Assembly (NCBI GenBank): GCA_001303955.1
Contig: LJUP01000001.1
Coordinates: forward strand, 86,328-142,533
DNA: 56,206 bases
DNA from: Bacteroides sp. SM23_62
GTDB taxonomy: Bacteria; Bacteroidota; Bacteroidia; Bacteroidales; SM23-62
Direction of reading: 5' to 3'
The position numbers were made by a program, and so were the translations under genes. A model generated the notes under the pieces. It had not been told where the DNA came from. It did not search any database and saw nothing but the letters and a program-made list of their open reading frames with translations. The first letter of the stretch is position 1. Each line of letters opens with the position of its first letter. This document shows positions 1-8,278 of this stretch, in pieces.

Positions 1-747
1 GGGCTGGTACAGACAACCCGTGAATTGAGCTATAATACGAGGTTAAAAGTTACCACTGCCAAATATTATATCCCTTCCGGGAGATGTATACAGGCCCTGG
101 ATTATTCACATCGCAACGAGGACGGGAGTGTTGGAACCATTCCTGATTCACTAATTACTGAATATCAAACAAATAACGGCAGGAAAGTTTATGACGGCGG
201 GGGTATTCAACCAGATTTTACCATTGAATCGCAGACACTAAGCCAGATAACCATAGCGCTGTTGTCACAATCCCTGATATTTGATTATGCAACTGTTTTT
301 GCCACCCGCAACGATAGTATTGCAAGCGTCGATGAATTCGAAATCACTGATAAGATCTATGATAATTTCCGTGTATTTGTATCCTCCCGCGACTTTATTT
401 ACAATACCAGAAGCGAAGAATCACTGAAAAAACTCATAGAAACAGCCACGCGAGAAAAATATTATGATATGGCCAGTGAAGAATTTGCAGCTCTTGAGCA
501 AAAGCTTGCTCACGATAATGAAAAAGATCTCAATAATTTCAGAGAAGAAATCAAACAATTATTAAAAGAAGAAATTGTTGTCAGATATTACTATCAGAGG
601 GGTCGTATGCAGGCGATACTTGAAAAGGATACAGGTGTAGATAAGGCCGTGGAGGTATTTGGTCAACCCAATCTTTATCTCACAACCCTGGGTGAAGAAT
701 CCGCCGGTGTAGAAGCCAGGAGTCCCGCTCTCCATCATCGGGAATGA
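1..747 (+). CDS. S41-family C-terminal processing peptidase (CtpA/Prc-like), 5'-truncated by the window edge
   Basis: Frame is open from base 1 (GLVQTTRELSYNTRLKVTTAKYYIPSGRCIQ...GGGIQPD), matching the S41 C-terminal G-x-V-Q / T-T-A-K-Y-Y-x-P-S-G / G-I-x-P-D motifs. Confidence 0.85.
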   Translation, partial: GLVQTTRELSYNTRLKVTTAKYYIPSGRCIQALDYSHRNEDGSVGTIPDSLITEYQTNNGRKVYDGGGIQPDFTIESQTLSQITIALLSQSLIFDYATVFATRNDSIASVDEFEITDKIYDNFRVFVSSRDFIYNTRSEESLKKLIETATREKYYDMASEEFAALEQKLAHDNEKDLNNFREEIKQLLKEEIVVRYYYQRGRMQAILEKDTGVDKAVEVFGQPNLYLTTLGEESAGVEARSPALHHRE

Positions 748-752
748 ATACT

Positions 753-986
753 TCATCCACCTGGAATAGGTGGGATCAGGGCGACCTGGTCCCCTTCTTT
801 TATTCCCACATTTTCATGTACGATCACTCCATTCAGAGAAATTACATAACTCAGTTCCCTGAATCCATCATACTTTGCAGCCAGCATTTCCCTGATTTCA
901 TATAAAGATTTTATACCTGAAAAAGGTTCTTTTGTTTTACCGGCCTTATCGGCAAGAATTCCCGAATACATTATGGTTACTTCCAT
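753..986 (-). CDS. MoaD/ThiS-family ubiquitin-like sulfur carrier protein
   Basis: 77 aa, ends in EGDQVALIPPIPGG with the diagnostic C-terminal Gly-Gly. Confidence 0.85.
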   Translation of the reverse strand: MEVTIMYSGILADKAGKTKEPFSGIKSLYEIREMLAAKYDGFRELSYVISLNGVIVHENVGIKEGDQVALIPPIPGG

Positions 987-1008
987 ATATTAAATGATAA
1001 TATTATTG

Positions 1009-3783
1009 CTAGTGAGCCTCCAGCCAGTTATCTCCTGTACCATAATCAACAAGCAACGGAACGGATAAGGTATAGGCATTTTCCATCTCCCTGATAACCA
1101 TTCGTTTCACTTCCTCTGACTCTTTTTTATATACATCAAATACCAATTCGTCATGGACCTGTAAAATCATCTTTGTCCTGTAATTATTCCTCTGCAGGTT
1201 CTCCTGTATCCTGATCATGGCAATTTTAATGATGTCAGCTGCAGAACCCTGAATGGGGGCATTGATGGCATTCCGTTCAGCAAACCCCCTTACAACGGCA
1301 TTCCTTGATAAAATATCGTGCAGGTACCTTCTTCTTCCCAGCATGGTTTCCACATAACCTTTTTCCCTGGCTTTTTGTATCATTTCATCCATGTATTTCC
1401 TGATCCTTGTGTAGGTATTGAAGTAACTGTCTATTAATTGTTTTGCATCCGTTCTCGGTATGTTCATCCGCTGTGCCAGCCCAAATGCCGAGATTCCGTA
1501 AATAATGCCAAAGTTTGCCGTTTTGGCCTTCCCCCGTTGTTCTTTTGTTACTTGTTCTGGAGGGACTTCAAAAATTTTCGATGCAGTGGCAGTATGTATG
1601 TCCTCCCCTTTTTGAAATGCTTCAATCATCAGGGGGTCCTGGCTCATATGTGCCATAATTCGGAGTTCAATCTGACTGTAATCGGCAGAGAGAAACACAT
1701 TCTCAGCACTTCTGGGAATAAAAGATTTCCTGATCTCCCTCCCTTTTTCTTCCCGTATCGGAATATTTTGAAGATTTGGATTATTTGAGCTGAGCCTTCC
1801 AGTTGCAGCAACGGCTTGATTATATGAGGTATGTATTAATCCGGTCCGAGGATTGATCATCTTTGGCAGAGCTTCAACATAAGTGGAAAGTAATTTCTTC
1901 AAGGTTCTGAATTCAAGCACTTTCCCAACAACAGGATGTTTATCTGTCAGCCGTATCAGTACTTCTTCACCGGTAGAATACTGTTTTGTTTTGGTTTTTC
2001 TGGCATCAGAGCTGATCTTTAGTTTATCAAAAAGTACCTCTCCCAGTTGCTTGGGTGAAGAAATATTGAATTCCTCTCCCGATAATTCGTATATGGAATC
2101 TCTTAGCTCCAGAAGCGCAGTTTCCAGTTCTCCTCCATATTGCCGTAAAGCATACTTATCAAGCTTTACTCCGTTTTCTTCCATGGCACAGAGAACGCTG
2201 ATCAAAGGAAATTCTATTTCTTCTGCTAAACTGCCAAAGCCGTTTTGGTTCAGCTCATCTTTGAGAATATGGTATAATTGCCATGTTACATCTGTGTCTT
2301 CACAGGCATAATCTACCAGCCTTTCAACCGGGACATCCCGCATGTTTCCCTGCTTGCTGCCTTTTTTACCAATCAGTTCTTCGGTATGGATTGTCCTGTA
2401 ATCCAGGTAAACTTCAGCGAGATAGTCAAGGTTGTGCTTTTGCTCAGGCCGCAGCAGGTAATGTGCGATCATTGTATCAAATACGGGTCCATTAAGCTTA
2501 ATGCCATAATTACGCATTACCTGCATATCGTATTTAAGGTTCTGACCAATTATCAAAGATTTCTTATTTTCAAGAACATCGCGGAATTTTTCAACAAGAA
2601 CAACGGCTTCTTTTCTTATTTCCGGGACAGGTACATACCATCCCTGATGCTTATACCATGAAAATGCCATTCCTACCAATTCGGCATCTATTGCATTTAT
2701 ACTCGTTGTTTCGGTATCAAAACAAAAGGCTGGTTGTCCATTTAACCGATCAATTAAATCTTCGATAAGGGCCGGATTATCAGCACATACATAGGCATGT
2801 TCAATATCTTTCAGTGTCTTTAAAGACTTTGAAAAGGTGTCTTTTTCTGATCCCTGCTCCTGGAACAGGGAACCCTGTTCAATGTTTAATGGTTCTTCCT
2901 TGTCATTTATGGCGGATAAGACCCTGGCAGCCAGGGTCTTAAACTCTAATTCCCGAAACAGGTTGACGAGTTCATCTTTTTCAGCTCCTTCAAATAATAG
3001 TTGGTTTTCATCAAATTCAACTGGAACGTCAAGCCTGATGGTGACAAGATCTTTTGACAATGCTATCTGCTCTTTATTCTGCAGTATGCTCTCCTGTACC
3101 TTTCCTTTCAAATCATCAGTATGTTGGAAAAGGTTTTCAATGGTCTGGTATGAAGAGATCAATTTTTTTGCAGTCTTTTCCCCGATCCCTGGAGCACCCG
3201 GGATATTGTCAGAACTGTCTCCCCATAACGCCAGGACATCAATAACCTGCCTTGGGTCCTTAACCTCAAAAGTCTCTTTTACTTCTTGAGTTCCAATAAT
3301 TTCAGATTCATTCCCGGATCTTCTTGGCCTGTACATGAATACCTTGTCCTTGACCAGTTGAGCATAATCTTTATCCGGGGTCATCATGTAAACATCAAAT
3401 CCTTTATCCCTGGCTTTCCAGGCCAATGTCCCTATGACATCATCTGCCTCATATCCCTGAACTTCAATCACAGGGATATTAAATGCTTCGATGATTTTTT
3501 TTATCCATGGAACAGATTTCTTTATTTCTTCCGGGGTAGCTTCCCTGTTGGCTTTATATTCGGGAAATTTTGCGTGCCTGAATGTTGGTCCCGGGGGATC
3601 AAAAACCACCGCAATATGAGTAGGTGATTCAGTTCTTAATATCTCTTCCAGGGAGGCAGTGAATCCGTAAATGGCAGATGTATTCAATCCCTTTGAATTG
3701 ATCATCTGTGACCGAATAAAGGCATAATATGCCCTGAATATAAGGGCATAGGCGTCTAAAAGAAAGAGCTTCTTCTGTTCCAT
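1009..3783 (-). CDS. polA: DNA polymerase I
   Basis: 924 aa; 5'-3' exonuclease (LLDAYALIFRAYYA, EADDVIGT), 3'-5' exonuclease (FDTETT), polymerase motifs A/B/C (ADYSQIELR, KTANFGIIYG, QVHDELVF). Confidence 0.99.
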   Translation of the reverse strand: MEQKKLFLLDAYALIFRAYYAFIRSQMINSKGLNTSAIYGFTASLEEILRTESPTHIAVVFDPPGPTFRHAKFPEYKANREATPEEIKKSVPWIKKIIEAFNIPVIEVQGYEADDVIGTLAWKARDKGFDVYMMTPDKDYAQLVKDKVFMYRPRRSGNESEIIGTQEVKETFEVKDPRQVIDVLALWGDSSDNIPGAPGIGEKTAKKLISSYQTIENLFQHTDDLKGKVQESILQNKEQIALSKDLVTIRLDVPVEFDENQLLFEGAEKDELVNLFRELEFKTLAARVLSAINDKEEPLNIEQGSLFQEQGSEKDTFSKSLKTLKDIEHAYVCADNPALIEDLIDRLNGQPAFCFDTETTSINAIDAELVGMAFSWYKHQGWYVPVPEIRKEAVVLVEKFRDVLENKKSLIIGQNLKYDMQVMRNYGIKLNGPVFDTMIAHYLLRPEQKHNLDYLAEVYLDYRTIHTEELIGKKGSKQGNMRDVPVERLVDYACEDTDVTWQLYHILKDELNQNGFGSLAEEIEFPLISVLCAMEENGVKLDKYALRQYGGELETALLELRDSIYELSGEEFNISSPKQLGEVLFDKLKISSDARKTKTKQYSTGEEVLIRLTDKHPVVGKVLEFRTLKKLLSTYVEALPKMINPRTGLIHTSYNQAVAATGRLSSNNPNLQNIPIREEKGREIRKSFIPRSAENVFLSADYSQIELRIMAHMSQDPLMIEAFQKGEDIHTATASKIFEVPPEQVTKEQRGKAKTANFGIIYGISAFGLAQRMNIPRTDAKQLIDSYFNTYTRIRKYMDEMIQKAREKGYVETMLGRRRYLHDILSRNAVVRGFAERNAINAPIQGSAADIIKIAMIRIQENLQRNNYRTKMILQVHDELVFDVYKKESEEVKRMVIREMENAYTLSVPLLVDYGTGDNWLEAH

Positions 3784-3826
3784 GTTGAAAGATAAGAAAT
3801 TCCTGCGTTACAAACACAGATGGGAT

Positions 3827-4276
3827 TTATTGGTTATCAGCCGCAAACCATTCTGCATATGATGTGGCTGTCTCCACCAGACGAAGACTGAAAAGAGAGA
3901 CATGGGCTGGCAGCTGTGTCCGGATCCTATCTGCCATGTCAATTACCAGGTTTTCACAGGTTGGCTGATAATCAACGACGTAAAACTTTTCAAACATTTG
4001 TTCTACCCGTTCTATATCAGGCTGGCTGGCCCTTGAACTGATGACCACAGAATGATCAAATAAATCCACAACATGTTGATTAACAAGTTTTTTCAGGTCA
4101 GAAAAATCAATTACCATGCCAAGTTTTGTGTTGTTTATATCCCTGCTCGGCTGACCAGAAACAGTTACATATAATTGATAGGAATGACCGTGAATATTCC
4201 TGCATGGACCATCATAATTCCACAGAGCATGGGCCATTTCAAAAGTAAAACTCTTTGTAACCCTAATATTTGCCAT
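3827..4276 (-). CDS. queD: 6-carboxytetrahydropterin synthase (QueD/PTPS family)
   Basis: FEMAHAL...GPCRNIHGHSY Zn motif, GMVIDFSDLK, DHSV, PTCEN, ETATS. Confidence 0.92.
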   Translation of the reverse strand: MANIRVTKSFTFEMAHALWNYDGPCRNIHGHSYQLYVTVSGQPSRDINNTKLGMVIDFSDLKKLVNQHVVDLFDHSVVISSRASQPDIERVEQMFEKFYVVDYQPTCENLVIDMADRIRTQLPAHVSLFSLRLVETATSYAEWFAADNQ

Positions 4277-4280
4277 CTAT

Positions 4281-4598
4281 CTAGATACAAGCACACTGGC
4301 TTATACAATCTACAATGCTGCTGAGATTTTGGTGTTTTAGGAAATAATAAGTGTTCTTCCCTTCTCTCTTCGAAGACAGAACACCCTTATCCTTCAGAAT
4401 TCCAAGATGGTGGGAAGTGGTTGATTGTTCGATTTTTAATAATTCATGTATTTCTGTAACCGTCAATTTTTTACCATTGTCAAGATAATTCAGTATGGCG
4501 ATTCGCATGGGATGCGCAATGGCCTTAAGCATATTTGCGGCTTTTTCCAGTTCTTCGGGACTCAACTTATCGAATTTCATATCAACCGTATTTAGCAT
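4281..4598 (-). CDS. ArsR/SmtB-family transcriptional repressor (alternative start ATG at 4580)
   Basis: LKAIAHPMRIAIL...QSTTSHHLGILK...REGKNTYY winged HTH; C-terminal CISQCAC. Confidence 0.92.
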   Translation of the reverse strand: MLNTVDMKFDKLSPEELEKAANMLKAIAHPMRIAILNYLDNGKKLTVTEIHELLKIEQSTTSHHLGILKDKGVLSSKREGKNTYYFLKHQNLSSIVDCISQCACI

Positions 4599-4624
4599 TA
4601 TTCATAGATGCAAATATATAAATA
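4599..4624 (-). promoter_or_regulatory. Bacteroidota -7 promoter element overlapped by a candidate ArsR operator
   Basis: TATATTTG on the minus strand at 4611-4618, inside the imperfect 11-4-11 inverted repeat TATTCATAGAT-GCAA-ATATATAAATA (9/11 arm matches). Confidence 0.5.
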
Positions 4625-4768
4625 TCTAATCTCAAATGTATTATTAAAATCAAATTTTCGAATCCATCTATATTTAAATCAGAGATTTAGAATCTTTCTA
4701 GCCAAATACTCAGCTGTTTAAACCATTTTATTCCTATTTTTACCTCTTTACCAATCAGCAGCTTGCGG

Positions 4769-5743
4769 ATGTCGCTACTAAATGAAATCCGAAAACCAAT
4801 TTACCCCGAAATGCAGCAATTTGAAAAGCATTTTCGTGAGTCAATGAAAAGTAACATCCCGCTTTTAAATATTATTACTAACTACCTGCTAAGGCGGAAG
4901 GGAAAACAGATGAGGCCTATGTTTGTTTTCCTTACAGCCGGACTTTGCGGGGAAATAACTCCTTCTTCTTATAACGCAGCCAGCCTGATAGAATTACTTC
5001 ATACAGCCTCATTAATTCATGATGATGTAGTTGACGAATCTTATGAACGCAGGGGTTTTTTCTCCATTAATGCCTTGTGGAAATCAAAAGTTTCAGTACT
5101 GCTCGGGGATTATCTTCTGGCCAAGGGGCTATTATTATCCGTAAAAGAAAAAGAATATGAATTACTCCGGCTTGTTTCGGATGCAGTCAGGGAAATGAGC
5201 GAAGGAGAACTGATGCAAATTCAAAAATCAAGAAAATTGAATATTACCAAAGATGAATATTTCGATATCATAAAAAAAAAGACGGCGACCCTTATAGCTG
5301 CGTGCACTGCCTGCGGGGCCTGGTCTGCAAGTAGAGACAATACACTTACTGAAAAATTCAGATTTTTTGGTGAAAAGGTCGGTATGGCATTTCAAATCAA
5401 GGATGATTTATTTGATTATCAGAAGCAAGGATTTATTGGCAAGCCTACCGGGAATGATATCAAAGAAAAGAAATTTACGCTTCCTCTGATTCACGCACTC
5501 GAAGTCTGTCCGGAGAAGAAAAGAAAACATATCATCAGGACAATCCGCAAGCATAATAACAATGCCGGTAAAGTACAGGAGATAATTGGTTTCGCCCGGA
5601 CATATGAAGGGCTTGAATACAGTGAGGACAAGATGTTCAGCTATCGTGATGAAGCCTTGGCAATTTTAGAGGAAATGCCTGATAATCAACACAGAAAGTC
5701 TCTTCAGGATCTCGTAAATTATGTAGTCGAACGTAAAAAATAA
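4769..5743 (+). CDS. ispB: Polyprenyl (octaprenyl-type) diphosphate synthase
   Basis: GKQMRP, first aspartate-rich motif LIHDDVVD..RRG, KKTA, second motif FQIKDDLFD. Confidence 0.9.
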   Translation: MSLLNEIRKPIYPEMQQFEKHFRESMKSNIPLLNIITNYLLRRKGKQMRPMFVFLTAGLCGEITPSSYNAASLIELLHTASLIHDDVVDESYERRGFFSINALWKSKVSVLLGDYLLAKGLLLSVKEKEYELLRLVSDAVREMSEGELMQIQKSRKLNITKDEYFDIIKKKTATLIAACTACGAWSASRDNTLTEKFRFFGEKVGMAFQIKDDLFDYQKQGFIGKPTGNDIKEKKFTLPLIHALEVCPEKKRKHIIRTIRKHNNNAGKVQEIIGFARTYEGLEYSEDKMFSYRDEALAILEEMPDNQHRKSLQDLVNYVVERKK

Positions 5744-5764
5744 GACGGAGCACCTTTTATAAAT

Positions 5765-7591
5765 TTACCCGTTATTTTTCTTGAAATAGTTGATTAATAT
5801 GGTGGCCTTTCCTAGGCCAATTATTTCTTTCAATGATTCAAACCCTGCATTCCTGATACCATCGACAGAATTAAAATGAAGCAGTAGCCGTTGCTTTGTC
5901 TGCTCTCCTATTCCCTTTATTGAATCCAGCTCAGAATTTATCATTGATCTGCTGCGAACTTCCCGGTGGAAAGCAATACCGAACCGGTGAGCTTCGTTCC
6001 TGAGCTGCTGTATGATTTTTAGCGTTTCAGAGTTTTTGTCTATATACAAAGGTACTTTATCCCCGGGATAATATAATTCCTCCAGCCTTTTTGCGACACC
6101 AATGATGGCCATTTTCCCGTGCAGGTTTAATTTTTCAAGACTTTTAACTGCAGCGTTCAATTGCCCTTTCCCACCATCTATTACAACCAACTGTGGAAGT
6201 GCCTGGTTCTCGTCCAGTAATCTCCTGTAGCGCCTGAATATGATTTCTTCCATTGACGCAAAATCATCAGGTCCACGTACGGTCTTCACATGGTAATGTC
6301 TGTATTCTTTTTTACTCGGTTTAGCATCACGAAATACAACACATGCAGCCACGGGATCTGTTCCCTGCAAGTTAGAGTTATCAAAGCATTCAATATGTTT
6401 TGGGGGTACCTTCAAGCGTAGGTCTTTTTTCATTGTTTCAAGGACCCGTGCTGTTTTGTTTTCTGTCTTCGATTGCGCTGCCTTTTTCTTACGTTCCAGT
6501 TGATAATGTTTTGCATTTCTTTCACTGAGCTCCAGAAGATGCTTTTTGTCACCCTTTACGGGCACTACAAACCGGATATTCCCGAGTGGCAGTTCTATCC
6601 GCAGTGGCACAATGATCTCCCGTGCATCACTTTTGATCTTTTGCCTGATGTCAATAATTGCCAGTGATAAAAGATCCACATTTGTTTCATCCAGTTTTTT
6701 TTTCAATTCGACGGTATGGGCCTGCACAATTGCTCCGCTTACGATCTTCAGATAGTTTACAAAGGCAAAATTTTCTTCTTCTACGATTGAGAAAACATCT
6801 AAATTATTTATCCTTTGATTTACGATAGTAGATTTGCTTCTATATTTATCCAGTATTTCAATTTTTGATTTTATTAATTGTGCATCTTCAAATCTGTATT
6901 CAGCCGAATAAATTTTCATTAGTTTTTTCAGCTGCATTGAAACCTGCCTTATGTTTCCCTTTAAAATCTGGTGTACCTGTTTTATATATTCATTATAATC
7001 CTCCTGTTTTATCATATTTATGCAAGGAGCCTTACAATTACCCATATGATACTCCAGACAAACTTTATACTTCCCACTTTCTATATGCTCCCTGTCCAGG
7101 TTTAATTTACATGTCCTCAAAGGATATAATTGCCTTATCAATTCAATAAGGGTTTTTACCATTACCACCGAAGTATACGGTCCGTAATATACAGATCCAT
7201 CCTGAATTAAATTACGTGTGTAAAAAACCCTCGGAAATCGTTCATTCTTAATACATATCCAAGGAAAAGTTTTATCATCTTTTAACATCACATTATATCT
7301 GGGCTGATGTTTCTTTACCAGATTATTTTCAAGCAGCAATGCATCAGATTCAGTCGAGACAACAATATGTTTAATGCTGGCAATTTTACTAACCAGTACT
7401 TTCATTTTATAATTATCCTTATTTGATCTAGTGAAATATGATGAGACCCTTTTTTTTAGGTCCCTGGCCTTCCCGATATATAAATAATTTCCATTTTTGT
7501 CAAAATACTGATATACACCGGGTTTGTTGGGAAGTACTTCAATTACCAATTTCAAATAATCATAACGCTCGTTTTTAAGCGGTTTACCCAT
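5765..7591 (-). CDS. uvrC: Excinuclease ABC subunit C
   Basis: GIY-YIG (PGVY...YIGKARDLKKRV), Cys cluster, UVR domain, RNase H-like IECFDNS/DDFASM/IDGGKGQ, HhH tail. Confidence 0.98.
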   Translation of the reverse strand: MGKPLKNERYDYLKLVIEVLPNKPGVYQYFDKNGNYLYIGKARDLKKRVSSYFTRSNKDNYKMKVLVSKIASIKHIVVSTESDALLLENNLVKKHQPRYNVMLKDDKTFPWICIKNERFPRVFYTRNLIQDGSVYYGPYTSVVMVKTLIELIRQLYPLRTCKLNLDREHIESGKYKVCLEYHMGNCKAPCINMIKQEDYNEYIKQVHQILKGNIRQVSMQLKKLMKIYSAEYRFEDAQLIKSKIEILDKYRSKSTIVNQRINNLDVFSIVEEENFAFVNYLKIVSGAIVQAHTVELKKKLDETNVDLLSLAIIDIRQKIKSDAREIIVPLRIELPLGNIRFVVPVKGDKKHLLELSERNAKHYQLERKKKAAQSKTENKTARVLETMKKDLRLKVPPKHIECFDNSNLQGTDPVAACVVFRDAKPSKKEYRHYHVKTVRGPDDFASMEEIIFRRYRRLLDENQALPQLVVIDGGKGQLNAAVKSLEKLNLHGKMAIIGVAKRLEELYYPGDKVPLYIDKNSETLKIIQQLRNEAHRFGIAFHREVRSRSMINSELDSIKGIGEQTKQRLLLHFNSVDGIRNAGFESLKEIIGLGKATILINYFKKNNG

Positions 7592-7675
7592 GTCTTCTCT
7601 TATTACATGCGACCTTGTTCATCTTGTCTGAACGAGAATATCAGTCAGCCCTCAGGAATAAGAGCTTTCATTAAC

Positions 7676-8218
7676 TTACTTTCCTTCAAATTGAACGATG
7701 GATGAAATGATCCTATTCTTCAACATTTTTCTGCCTTTCAGATCAATGAGCTCAATAACAAACAAACACCCTGATACGATACCACCACTTTTTTCAATCA
7801 ATTTGCAGGACGCATTTGCAGTCCCACCCGTAGCCAACAAATCATCCAGCACAAGATAAGCTGATCCATCTAGGATTGCATCTACATGCACTTCAACCGT
7901 GTCTTTTCCATATTCCAGCTCATAATCTACAGAATTAACTTTTGCAGGCAGCTTTCCTGGTTTTCTGATTGGGACAAACCCCTTCCCCAGCATTTGTGCC
8001 AATGCTGACCCAAAAATAAATCCACGGGACTCAATCCCCGCCACAAAATCAAACGCCGGAAATCTCCGAGAATGCAACACAAGATATTCACAAGAAGCAC
8101 GAAATGCCGTGGCATCTTTCAACAATGTCGTAATATCGCGAAACATTATTCCCTTTTTAGGATAATCCGGAACAGTCCGTATTGAATCCCTGATCAGGGC
8201 AACCCTGTTATTTTCCAT
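7676..8218 (-). CDS. apt: Adenine phosphoribosyltransferase
   Basis: PDYPKKGIMFRDITTLL, GIESRGF, RKPGKLP, YELEYG, LDDLLATGGT. Confidence 0.97.
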   Translation of the reverse strand: MENNRVALIRDSIRTVPDYPKKGIMFRDITTLLKDATAFRASCEYLVLHSRRFPAFDFVAGIESRGFIFGSALAQMLGKGFVPIRKPGKLPAKVNSVDYELEYGKDTVEVHVDAILDGSAYLVLDDLLATGGTANASCKLIEKSGGIVSGCLFVIELIDLKGRKMLKNRIISSIVQFEGK

Positions 8219-8260
8219 TTAGTCCAATTTGATAAACACAACTATTATTATCACTCACAA

Positions 8261-8276
8261 TGTTCCACGTGGAACA
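8261..8276. other. parS centromere-like site (ParB-binding)
   Basis: Perfect 16-bp palindrome TGTTCCACGTGGAACA matching the parS consensus TGTTNCACGTGNAACA; intergenic, 2 bp from the mnmG stop. Confidence 0.92.
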
Positions 8277-8278
8277 AT

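Noticed and set aside
7597-7664. SAM-I riboswitch or hammerhead ribozyme
   Set aside because: Only P1-like arms are present; the SAM-I kink-turn/GCAAC core and the hammerhead CUGAUGA/GAAA core are missing (kept only as an unnamed hairpin)
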